A DNA stretch of 41,479 bases from NCBI RefSeq assembly GCF_004010195.1, contig NC_057752.1, forward strand, positions 8,581,187-8,622,665, in the 5' to 3' direction. Made by a program: the position numbers and the translations under genes. Shown here in pieces: positions 12,856-23,472 of this stretch. The notes below the pieces were generated by a model that worked only from the letters and a program-made list of their open reading frames with translations, had not been told where the DNA came from and did not search any database. The first letter of the stretch is position 1; every line of letters starts with the position of its first letter. This DNA is from Chiloscyllium plagiosum. Its lineage: Eukaryota.

Positions 12856-13320
12856 TGCAGCTTTCACGTGGACCACCTCTCCTAGCTGAACTTTGTACGT
12901 CATGGACCTGACTTCCTGTCAACTATTAACACAAAACTTCATTTCATGAAGTAAACTACCTCTCTTGCTTAGGGGAGCCTTGTGTCTGGCATTGGTGTTC
13001 TTGATGCTGTTTCACCCTCCCTCCCAGGTCTAGGAAGATTACATCTAACTTGGTGTGGATTCTTCTCCCCATTAGCAACACTGCGGTCACATGAGCGGTG
13101 GCCCTATAATCAAACAGGAACCAGGACAGTTTGGTATCGAATGAAGCTGTAGTAGGTTGTTTCTTTAAGCCAGCCTTCAAAGTTTAGACCGCTCTTTCTG
13201 CCAGACCATTGGACGATGGATGGTATAGAGCTGTTCTGACATGTTGAATGCCATTCGACTTTAGCAAATACTCAAATTTCCTGCTGGTTAATGATGACCC
13301 ATTATCTGTGAACAACACCA

Positions 13321-14385
13321 AAGCAAAGAGTGGGGATAAATGGGTGTTTTTCTGGTTGGGAGGTCAGTGACTCGTGATGTGCCTCAGGGGTCAGTGTTGG
13401 GACTGCAATTAATTACAGCTTACAGAGATGATTTGGAGTTGGGGACCAAGTGTGGTGTGTCAAATTTCGCAGATGACACTAAGATGAGTGGTAAAATGTG
13501 CAGAGGACACAAAGTCTGCAGATGAATATGGATAGGTTAAGTGAGAGGGCAAAGTTCTGGCAGATGGAGTACAATGCTGGTAAATGTGAGGTCATCCATT
13601 TTGGTAGGAATAACAACAAACTGTACTATTATCTAAATGGTGAAAAATTGCAGCATGCTGCTGTGCAGAGGAGCCTGGGTATCCTTGTGCATGAATCACA
13701 AAAAGTTGGCTTGTAGGTGCAGTAGATAATTCTTAAAAAGTGAAATATTGTCCTTCATGGCTAGAGGGATGGAGTTTAAAAACAGAGGTTATGCTGCAGA
13801 AATATAGAGTGCTGGTGAGGCCACATCTGGTGTACTGCGTGCAGTTTTGGTTTCCTTACTTGAGAAAGGATGCATTGGCACTGGAAGGGGTGCAGAGGAA
13901 GTTCACCAGGTTGATTCCAGAGTTGAGAGAGTTGTTTTATGAGAGATTGAGTAGACTGGAATTATATTCATGGAATTTAGAAGAATGAGAGGGGATCTTA
14001 CAGAAACATATAAAATTATGAAGGGATGGATAAGATAGAAGCAGTGAGGTTGTCTCCACTGGTGGGTGAAATGAGAACTAGGGGGTATAGCCTTAAAATA
14101 AGGGGGAGCAGATTTAAGACTGAGTTGAGAAGCAACTTGTTCTCCCAAAGCGTTGTGAATCTGTGGAATTCCCTGCCCAATGAAGCAGTTGAGGCTACCT
14201 CAATGAATGTTTTTAAGGCAAAGATAGATAAATTTTTGAACAGTAAAGAAATTAAGGATTCTGGTGAGTGGCCAGGAAAGTAGAGCTGAGGAAGAGATCA
14301 GCCACGACTTGTTGGATGGCGAAGTAGGCTCGAGGGGCCAATGGCCTACTCCTGCTCACATTTCTTATTTATGTTCTTATTAACA
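13321..14385 (+). mobile_element. 5'-truncated CR1 nested in the Gypsy integrase core
   Basis: [27 protein letters not shown]; tail cctactcctgctc...ttcttat. Confidence 0.88.
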
Positions 14386-17131
14386 TTACTGGGAGTCTGC
14401 ATATTGCAAAAGATGCTCACAATTTTTCAAGTGTCGTCCACGTGTTTGACGAATTAACTCTCTGCACATCCAACCGCTTTCAATAGGCATCCACAATGAC
14501 TAAGAACCTTAAGTCCATGAAAGGACCTTCATAGTCGATGAGTAACCGAGTCCAGAGTTGTCCAGTAATTCCCACGAATGTGGGAGAGCTGCTGGCAGTA
14601 ATGTTTGCCCTTTGTTGGCACTCTGGGCACTGCTCCACCAATGCGGCTATGTTAGCATCCATCCTAGCCACCCGATATAACGTCTCACAACATCTTCATT
14701 TCGGACACCCCTGAATGACCCCGGTGGTGTTCAGTCAGTATCTGGCAGCTACCTTTGCGAAGGACAATCACTCTTGCTCCACATAATAATGTGCCACCCT
14801 TCATGCTGATCTGGTCTCACCAGATCCAGAAAAGTTTCATTTCTGGTTGTGACGGCCCTTTTGTTTCCCTCATTACAACCAGCTGTTTCAGTTTTGCCAG
14901 GACTGGATCTTTTTGCATCCACAGTCGGATATTGTCAGTGGTGACCGGAAGGGTGACCAGGAAATCTAAAACCATGACGGACTGTTCCAGTGTTGGCATC
15001 CCTGGTTGTGCATCTGCCAATGGGAGGTGGCTCAATGCATCTGCATGCGCTACTTGTCCTCCCAGACGGTGTTCCAAGTTATAATTGTACTCACTTAGAA
15101 TGAGACCCCACCACTGAATGTGACCTGAAGCTATTGGCAGTACAACCATGTCCCCTTTGAGTAGCCCTAACGGGGGTTGTGGTCTGTTATTATTATAAAT
15201 TTATGTCTGTAAAGATATTGGTGGAACTTTCTCACACCAAAGATGACCGCTCAATCTTCCTTCTCTATCTGGGCATATCTTCTTTCAGCAACAGCTAAAG
15301 TCCAAGAAGCATATGCTATTAGACGTTCCTTTCTGCTGGGCCACAAGCGAACCAACACTACCCTGATGCTGCATGGAGAGGCATTGCATATGAATACCAG
15401 ATCTTGCTTGGGATTGTAGTGGGAAAAACCTTAGACAGTGATAGCTACTTCTTCACTTCCCTAAAGGCTACATCTTGGTTACGAGATAATTTCCAAGGCT
15501 GGCCCTTTTTCAATAGCAGACATAAGGATGCCAGCTTGGAGGATGTATGAATTTTCCATAATAATTCACCAACCCAAGGAAAGGTCTAAGCTCTGGTACA
15601 GACGGGGGGGCCGGGGCACCTTTGATTGCCTTAATGTCATCTTCCAACAGGTATAACACAGTCTTGTTGACTCTATAGACCAAGTAGGTCACTTGGGGTG
15701 TCTGGAGCATACATTTTGCCTTTCTAAGGCGTACGGCCACCTTGGAGAAACATCTAAGGACTATGACCAACTTCTCTAAATGTCTAAATGCTCTTTATTA
15801 GTCTTCCCAGTTATTAGCACATCATCCAGATAAATGGTAACCTGGGGTGGACCTTGTAAAATGTTCTCCATCGTCCACTGAAAATGGCACAGGCTGACGA
15901 TACCCCAAATGGCAGTCTCGTATATTGGTACAAACTCATATGGGTATTCATTGTAGCATACATCTGGTAATCCTCATCTATCCACAATTGCAGATATGCC
16001 TGGCTCATGTCCAGCTTCGTGAAGGACAGTCTCCTGGCCAGCTTTGGCTATAAGTTCTCCATGTGAGGGACTGGGTATTTATCCAGCTGCAAGAAATGGT
16101 TTACCATTTGTTTAAAATCCCTACAAAGACAAACCGACCTGTTGGGCTTCACAATCGGTACAACCAGTGTTGCCCATTCCACAAACTGGATTGGTTTGAT
16201 GATTCCTTCACTTTCCAGCCTCCTGATTTCTGACTCTACTTTTGCCCATCAGGCAAGTGGCACTGGGTGAGCTTTGCAGACTTGTGGAAGTGCAAGGTGG
16301 TCTTGGCTCCTTTGATAGTCCCTAGGCATTCCTGAAAAACCTTTGTGTATTTAATTAGGAGTTCACTCAGGCAGCCATTTTCTAATCAAAACATGTTGGG
16401 CCAATCAAGGTGAATCTTTCTCAACCAATTCTGCTGCATCCAGCCTGGGTCTGAGCCTTTTACTACAATCAGTGGGAACTGAGCCAACTGCTTCTCATAA
16501 AGGGACCAGAACCAAAGTTGTATCCTTAATCTATAAAGGTTTTCCGGTATAGGTTCTCAGGCTGACCAAGGTCTTAACGCAAACTTAAGGGTTGGAGTCC
16601 AGAGTGAATTTTGTTAAAGACTGGTTCTGAAATCACTGATACAGCTGCACCAGTATCAACCTCCATTTGAACTGGGTGACCATTTAACCAGGTGTGTATT
16701 TTGATTGGTTCTGATTTAGATGTTGCAATTTTACTGTTCCAAACCAGATGTAGGTGGGCTTTCCAGGGTGTGCACTGTCCTGGATACTGGCCTATGTGTT
16801 CTCTTACTCAATTCAGGTCCAGTGGGACTCCTTTGCTGTCTTGAGTCTACACTGGCAGAAACTCCTTCTGGTCTGGATCCTGGAGAAAACGTTAACCACT
16901 TGGCTGATGCTTGGATTTGTTTTGGGGTTTTGCTGTGGGCTGACCTAGAGTCCCTCTGTTCAGGATATGTCCTGAGTGAGGCTATGTGATTGCTTATACT
17001 CAACTGGTGTTTCCCAAGTTCAGTTGCACTGGTGAGGGTGCCCACTTCTACTGGAATACCCTGTCACTCATCAGCTCCACTTGCCACATTTTCTCATGAC
17101 AAAGGCAATTGTACTGCCTGTATGAAGTCCA

Positions 17132-18162
17132 AAATCACCCAACACCAGGTTATAGTCCAACAGGTTTATTTGGAAGCACTAGCTTTCGGAGTGCTGCTCC
17201 TTCATCAGGTGGTTGTAGAGTATAAGATCATAGGACACAGAATTTATAGCAAACATTTACAGTGTGATGCAACTGAAATCATATATTGAAAAAGACCTGG
17301 ACTGTTTGTTCAGTCTCTCATCTTTTAAAATGACCATGTTGGTTTTAGTTCTTTCATATGTAAATCCCAGAACTTAAAGTTACATTCTAAAGTGAACTTT
17401 AATTTGAGGTGCCATGTTGGCCCAGATAATGCATTGAAGGTGTGAGGCTGTCTGTGCCCAAATGTTCAGACTGATTCTAATCTAAAAAAGTGATTTACAG
17501 AACCTTACATGGATTCATGCAATTTTTGAGCCACATAAAATGTAATTATACAAGTACAAATTCACCCCACAAACTTATATATGTGTGTGTGCATGTGGGT
17601 GTGTACGTGTGGTGGTAGTAGATGAACCCAAGGTCCCAGTTGAGGCCATCCCCCATGGGTATTGAACTTGGGGTGAATCTGTACTTGTAGAATTACATTT
17701 TATTTTGCTCAAAAACTGCATGAATCCATGTAAGGTTCTGTAAATCCCTTTTCTGGATTAGAATCAGTCTGAACATTGGGGCACAGACAGCCTCACACAG
17801 GGAGCTAACACCTTCAATGCATTATCTGGACCGACATGGCACCTATTGTTAAAGTTCACTTGAGAATGTAACTTTAAGTTCTGGGATTTACATATGAAAG
17901 AACTGAAACCAACATTGTCATTCTAAAAGATGAGAGACTTAACAAACAATCCAGATCTTTTTCAAGATATAATTTCAGTTGCATCACACTGTAAACTTTT
18001 GCTATAAATTCTGTGTCCTACGATCCTATGCTCCACAACCACCTGATGAAGGAGCAGTGCTCCAAAAGCTATTGCTTTCAAATAACCCTGTTGGACTATA
18101 ACTTGGTGTTGAGTGATTTTTATCTTTGAATACCCTAGTCCAACACCGGCACCTCCAAATCA
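17132..18162. mobile_element. Fold-back Penelope-like insertion (arms 17132-17569 and 17669-18120) in Gypsy gag
   Basis: Inverted arms of about 440-450 bp with a hammerhead motif in each; 13-bp TSD TGTATGAAGTCCA (17119-17131, 18163-18175). Confidence 0.82.
17174..17214 (-). ncRNA. Minimal type I hammerhead ribozyme motif (core intact)
   Basis: AACCAC-CUGAUGA-A-GGAG(CAGCA)CUCC-GAAAGCUA^-GUGCUU: helix I CAC/GUG, helix II GGAG/CUCC, palindromic AGCU helix III, CUA cleavage triplet. Confidence 0.7.
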
Positions 18163-18220
18163 TGTATGAAGTCCAGTTATGCTTCAGCCAGTAAGCGCTT
18201 TTGCATGGTTACATCATTAA

Positions 18221-18237
18221 TCCCATTTTCATTGCCA
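18221..18237 (-). promoter_or_regulatory. Degenerate primer-binding site, tRNA-Ser(GCT)-like
   Basis: TGGCAATGAAAATGGGA lies 1 nt inside the 5' LTR, compared with TGGCGACGAGGATGGGA (complement of the tRNA-Ser 3' end as recalled); all four differences are transitions. Confidence 0.6.
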
Positions 18238-18324
18238 CTGAAATAACTCCATGAAGGCCAGTATCCTGTCACCAAGTCACCTTTTATTTACACATGCATA
18301 GTACATGACACTGACCCAGCCCTC

Positions 18325-18438
18325 ACTCCTGACGAAGGGTTTATGCTTGAAACATTGATTCTCCTGCTCCTTGGATGCTGCCTGACCAGCTGTGCTTTAC
18401 CAGCAACACACTCTTCGACTCTGATCTCCAGCATCTGT
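18325..18438 (+). mobile_element. PLE-type 3' terminus with decayed hammerhead (tail appears to resume at 19190-19206)
   Basis: CTGACGA-AGGG..CTT-GAAAC at 18329-18353; homologous to 26174-26260. Confidence 0.65.
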
Positions 18439-18793
18439 AGTCATAGAATCCCTACAGTGTGGGAACAGGCCCTTCAGCCCAACAAGATCACACTGACCCT
18501 CCAAAGACTAACCCACCCAGACACATTCCCCTCCCCTATTATCCTATATTTACCTTTGCCTAACGCACCTAACCTACACATCTCTGAACACTACGGGCAA
18601 TTTAGCATGGCCAATCCTCCTAACCTGCACATCTTAGAATTGTGAGAGGAAACTGCAGCACTCAGAGGAAACCAATGCAGAACACAGGGAGAACGTGCAA
18701 ACTCCACACAGACAGTCACCTGAGTCTGGAATTGAACCTGGATCCCTGGCGCCGTGAGGCAGCAGTGCTAACCACTGAGCCACTGTGCCGCCC
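18439..18793 (-). mobile_element. tRNA-derived V-SINE (HE1-like), full length
   Basis: GGGCGGCACAGTGGCTCAGTGGTT head, B box GGTTCAATTCC, V-core TGTGTGGAGTTTGCAC, CR1-like 3' tail. Confidence 0.88.
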
Positions 18794-19349
18794 TTTTTAC
18801 TGTTATTCTATTTACTGTATGGACTCGTAATTTTTGTTGTTATAATCATTGCATGTTGTCTATCAATAACTTGCTTAAATAGTGGCTGTCAGAGTCTTAT
18901 GAAAGCTGGTAGTGTCATTTCGTGGCGTTATCATGGAATGATAAAAGGGAGAAATGTAATGTTAAAAGATTAAATGGAAATATCTCTCTGGGCATTAATG
19001 TAATATTAAAGGGTTAAACTACACTGAGTAAATGACCCCCACTCCAATTAGTCATTTGCTACTATTCCCCCTACAATTATCAAATTAAACTATCATTCAA
19101 TCTCCTCCATTCAGAAATTCTTTCTAGCCATCCCCTGAAGCTAGGTATGTCGCACCTGCATTGTCTTGGGGAATCACTGAGTCAGGAGTCAGTCCTCACT
19201 TTCTCCCAACTAATTCAGAGCCAGCTCCTAGAATGAGTAGAACCCCTGACACTCCTCTTTATATCTGTCAGCCAAGGCTCACTGATTGGACCAGATTAAC
19301 AGCCGCAATCTCTGAGGTCCACCTAGCTGACCTCATTATAATCACTACA

Positions 19350-20570
19350 TTCGCGAGTCTTCGGTACTCTCTTTAAAAGGGGGAAGCAGAGTCAGGGTCA
19401 TTAAATGTTTTTTAACACAGAGGTAGGTCGATTCTTGATTCACAGTACACCAGACCTTAATGTCTGGAGGAAGGAATGTGGAGTTGAGGCCACAATCAGA
19501 TCAATCATGATGGCATGAAAGCAGAGAGTGCTACAGTGAATTGATAAATTAGGTTAAGATATAATTCAAGAGAGATGCAAGAGGCAAAATTTAAGGAGAC
19601 ATTTCAGAATACACAGAAAAGACACATTCGAAGAATAAGAAAATTTCCAAGGAACGGATCACTTTCTGAGATTAACTACAAGTGTAAAAGATGGTATCAA
19701 ACCTTAAAGAAGAAAAAAACATATAACTGTGCAAAAACAAGATGCATGTCAAAAGATTGGACAGAATATTGAAAGAAACAAGGAATGGCCAAAAAAATTA
19801 GCAAGGAGGAAAGATTAGAATATAACAGAAACCTTGCCAAAAACACAACAGATTGTAAGAGTTTGTACAAATAGTTTAAAACACAAAATAAGCATTTGAC
19901 CTATATAAAGTGAGTCTGGAGAATTAATAATTGAAAGTAAGGAGATGGTACATGAATTGAATGGGTATTCTGCATCAGTCTTCACCATAGAAAATACAAC
20001 ATCCCAGAAGCATGAAATAGAAGGGAGGGAGGAACTCATGACAATCACAATTGCCAGAGAAGTGGAATTAAGCAGGTTATTGGTGCTGTGGGGTGACTCA
20101 TACCAGGAATTGGCAGGTTGGCCAGGTCAGACTTACATGTTTCCATCAAGTTGCCGCTTACCCTTCTAAACTAAAACCTAACTAATTTCTAAGATCCTGA
20201 GGGGTCTTGACAGGATGGAGGTGGGGAAGATGTTTCCTCTTACAGGAGAAGCAAAACCTCTGGGTCACATTTAAAAATAGGGGGTTGCCATTTAAGATAA
20301 AGAGGCATTTTTCTTCTCTGAGGATTTGGAGTCTTTTATGAAAAAAGTGGTGGAAACTGAGGTCTTGAATACTCTTTCGGCAGAAGCAGTAAAATTTTTG
20401 TTGAGATTGCACGCAATATTCCAACAGTGGCCTAACAAATGTCCTGTACAGCCGCAACATGACCTCCCAACTCCTGTACTCAATACTCTGACAAATAAAG
20501 GAAAGCATACCAAACACTTTCTTCACTATCCTATCTACCTGAGGCTCCACTTTCAAGGAGTTATAAGAAC
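19350..20570. mobile_element. Cluster of CR1 fragments (host 3' end 19350-19520 +; ORF2 piece 19520-20110 +; 3' piece 20190-20400 +; 20405-20570 -)
   Basis: ELNGYSASVFT; YRSWEVMLRLYRTFVRPLLEYCVQ on minus. Confidence 0.7.
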
Positions 20571-20721
20571 CTTGAGGCATTTCATTATATTAAAGATGTC
20601 ATACAACAAAAACAGTTTATATTTGTAAGTGTAAATCAAGGGCCCAGGACACACATTTAGCCTGCTCTTCAGTGAGGATGGGATACCTAAACAGCTGACC
20701 TGCCAAGCAAATGTATTGGGT

Positions 20722-20942
20722 CTGGATGTAGGTTTGCTTGTTGAGCTGGAAGGTTTATTTTCAGATGTTTCATCACCATACTGGTAACATCTTCAGTGAG
20801 CCTCCGGACGAAGCTTCACCGGAGGTTCACTGAAGATGTTACCTAGTATGGTGATGAAACGTCTGAAAACGAACATTCCAGCTCAGCGAGCAAACCTACA
20901 TCCAGAGCCTCAACTTGAGCTACAAATCTTCTCAAACTCGCT
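20722..20942. mobile_element. 221-bp non-coding palindromic PLE-derived element with a hammerhead motif on each strand
   Basis: Arms 20721-20807 and 20819-20906; 13-bp TSD AAATGTATTGGGT (20709-20721, 20943-20955). Confidence 0.85.
20826..20867 (+). ncRNA. Minimal type I hammerhead ribozyme motif (core intact)
   Basis: UUCA-CUGAAGA-U-GUUACC(UAGUAU)GGUGAU-GAAACGUC^-UGAA: 4-bp helix I, 6-bp helix II (2 GU pairs), palindromic ACGU helix III, GUC triplet. Confidence 0.75.
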
Positions 20943-21054
20943 AAATGTATTGGGTTCCTAGCAAGGTCACCGCATACAAATTTTAAAAAATCTTTCCTTC
21001 ATGGGCCTGCTCACCCTTAGAAACTTTCATTGTAAAACCTTTCCCAACTTACCA

Positions 21055-22073
21055 TAGACCTAGGAGCCGGATAGGCCATTCAGCCCATCGGGTCTGCTGC
21101 GCCATTCAATCATGGCTGATAAGTTTCTCAACCCCATTCTCCTGCCTTCTCCCTGTAACCCTTGATCCCCTTGATACTTAATAACCTATCTATCTCAGTA
21201 TTAAGTATACTCAGTGACCTGGCCTCCACATCCTTGTGTGGCAATGAAGTTGACAGATTCTTCACTCTCTGGCTGAAGAAGTTTCTCCTTATCTCCATTC
21301 TAAGTGGTTTTGCCCTTTACTCTAAGACTGTGCCCTTGAGTCTTAGTCTCTCCTACCAATGGAAACATCTTCCCAACATCTACCCTGTCGAGGCCATTCT
21401 GTATGTTTCAATTAGATCCCCCCTCATCCTTCTAAACGTCATCAAGTATGTTAGAATCATCATAGAAACCTTAGTGTGTGGAAACAGGCCCTTTGGCCCA
21501 ACAACTCCACATTAACCCATTCCCTTACCCTATTGTGCTTCATTTCCCCTGACTAATATACCTAACCTACACATCCCTGAACTCTATGGACAATTTAGCA
21601 TGGTTAATTCACCTAACCTGCACATCTTTAGACTGGAGGAGAAAACTGGAGCACTCGAGGAAAACCCACGCAAACATGGGGAGAATGTGCAAACTCCACA
21701 CAGACAGTTGCCAGAGGCTGGAATTGAACCCGGGTCCCTAGCATTGTGAAGCAGCAGTAAAAGCACTGACGCCAGTATAGACCCAGAGTTCTCAAACGTT
21801 CCCCATATGTTAAGTTTTCATTCCTGGGACCTCCTCTGAACATGGTCCAGGGGCCAGTACATCCTTCTTGAGATATGGGGCCCAAAACTACACACAATAC
21901 TCCAAATGTGGTCTGACCAGAGCCTTAGAGGTTCAGAAGTACATCCATGCTTTTATATTCAAGTCCTATCAAAATAAATGCTATCATTGCATTTGCCTTC
22001 CTAACTACTGACTCAACCTGCAAGTTTACCTTGAGAGAATCCTGGACTAGAACTCCCAAGTCACTTTACACTT
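21055..22073 (-). mobile_element. CR1 3' part (element A), with nested SINE
   Basis: DLGVLVQDSLKV, LVRPHLEY, CR1 3' tail near 21055. Confidence 0.85.
21451..21770 (-). mobile_element. V-SINE (HE1-like), diverged
   Basis: B box GGTTCAATTCC and V-core; AGTAT on both flanks. Confidence 0.82.
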
Positions 22074-22990
22074 TAATATCTCAGTCCCACGTAACTGTCC
22101 ACGCCCTGAGTTCATCAGCCTTAACTGTCAGCCCTCTTGCATTGAAATAGATTCAATTTAATCCAACAGGCATTCTGTGAACCTTGTTGTGTTCCAGACC
22201 GACCTGTCTCTTCGCCCTGCTATTTCTGATTACTGTACCTCCTTCAAGCCTCACACTTGTCTCCTTGCTGTTGAGGATCCCACCTCCCCCTGCCAATCTA
22301 GTTTAAACCCTCCCTTGCAGCACGAACAAACCTGGCCACATTGTTATTGGTCCCCCTCCAGTTCAGGTGCAACCTGTCCCTCTTGAACAGGTCACCTCTG
22401 TGCAGGAAAGATCCCAACGATCTAAAAATCTGAATCCTTGCACCAATTCTTTCGCCACACATCCATCTGCCATATCCTCCTGTTCTTATCCTCACTAGCA
22501 TGTGGCATTGGAAGTAATCCGGACATTATCACCAATGAGGTCCTGGTTTTTAACTTTTTTCCTAGCTCTCTATAAACACTCTGCAGGAGCTCACCCTTAT
22601 TTCTACCTATGTCATTTGTGTCAACATACAGAATCACTTCTGGCTGCTCACCCTCCCACTTCTGCAGCTGCTCAGAGACATGCTGGACCCTGGCACCAGG
22701 GAGGCAACACACCATCCTGGATTCCCATTTGCGGCACAGAATCTCCTATCTGTCCCCTTAATTATCCAGTCCCCTATTACAAAGGTCCTGTTTACCGTTA
22801 CTCTTTCCTGTTCTGCCCCAGAACCAGTTGTAGTGAAATCAACCTCTGAATGGTCACCACCACCCTGTAATGTTTGGGCCTTAAGCACTCCTTGATACCA
22901 GGCCCACAAGGACCTGCTCTTCAGTGCAGGTGACTGTGTGTCCTCGGAGGGTGTCCTGCTCAAGTCTTCCCTCTGGTATTGGTGACTGCG
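22074..22990 (-). mobile_element. CR1 ORF1 esterase plus ORF2 start (element B, inverted segment)
   Basis: VIGDWIIKG, VCCLPGARV, VDTND, DRLHLN, YFNARGL. Confidence 0.85.
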
Positions 22991-23004
22991 CTGATGCTAA
23001 TCTT

Positions 23005-23472
23005 CACCTGGACCTGGACTTCAAGAAGGCATTTGACAAGGTGCCGCACAGAGGCTGCTGAGTAAGATAAAGGGCCCATGGTGTTAGAAGTAAAGTGCTA
23101 GCATGGATAGAAGTTTGGCTGTCTGGCAGAAAGCAGAGAGTGGGGATAAAAGGGTCCTTCTCAGGATGGCAGCCAGTGAAGCAAGGCTCAGTGTTGTGAC
23201 CACAACTTTTCACTTTATAGATTAACGATCTAGATGAAGGAACTGAGGGCATTCTGGGTAGGTTTGCAGACGAGACAAAGATCAGTAGAGGGACAGATAG
23301 CATTCAGGAGGTAGGGAGGCTGCAGAAGCGTTTAGACTGGTTAGGAGAGTGGGCAGAGAATTGGCAGATGGAGTACAACGTGGGAAAGTGTGAAGTCATG
23401 CTCTTTGGTAAGAAGAATAGAGGCATGAATTATTTTCTAAATGGGGAGAATATTCACATGTCTGAAGTGTAA
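23005..23472 (+). mobile_element. CR1 RT fragment (5' part of element A, inverted segment)
   Basis: [30 protein letters not shown]. Confidence 0.85.

Larger units (their letters stand above)
11237..19349 (-). mobile_element. Decayed Ty3/Gypsy LTR retrotransposon with both LTRs and multiple nested insertions
   Basis: Domain order gag (GINDVTMQKRLLAE) - protease (VDTGAAVS about 16640-16660) - RT (RLPFG; YLDD 15821-15832) - RNase H - integrase (HHCC remnant CPEC, TDNG). TG...CA LTRs, polypurine tract 11457-11468, PBS 18221-18237. Confidence 0.92.
18239..19349 (-). repeat. 5' LTR of the Gypsy element, split by an insertion of about 0.9 kb
   Basis: Same sequence as 11237-11456, in two pieces. 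Confidence 0.88.

Noticed and set aside
17132..18162. MITE/DNA transposon with long TIRs
   Set aside because: The asymmetric tail, 13-bp TSD, hammerhead motifs and a solo terminus at 39313 fit a Penelope-like origin better.
11232..19354. TSD of the Gypsy element
   Set aside because: The flanks GTCTT and TTCGC do not match well enough to call.
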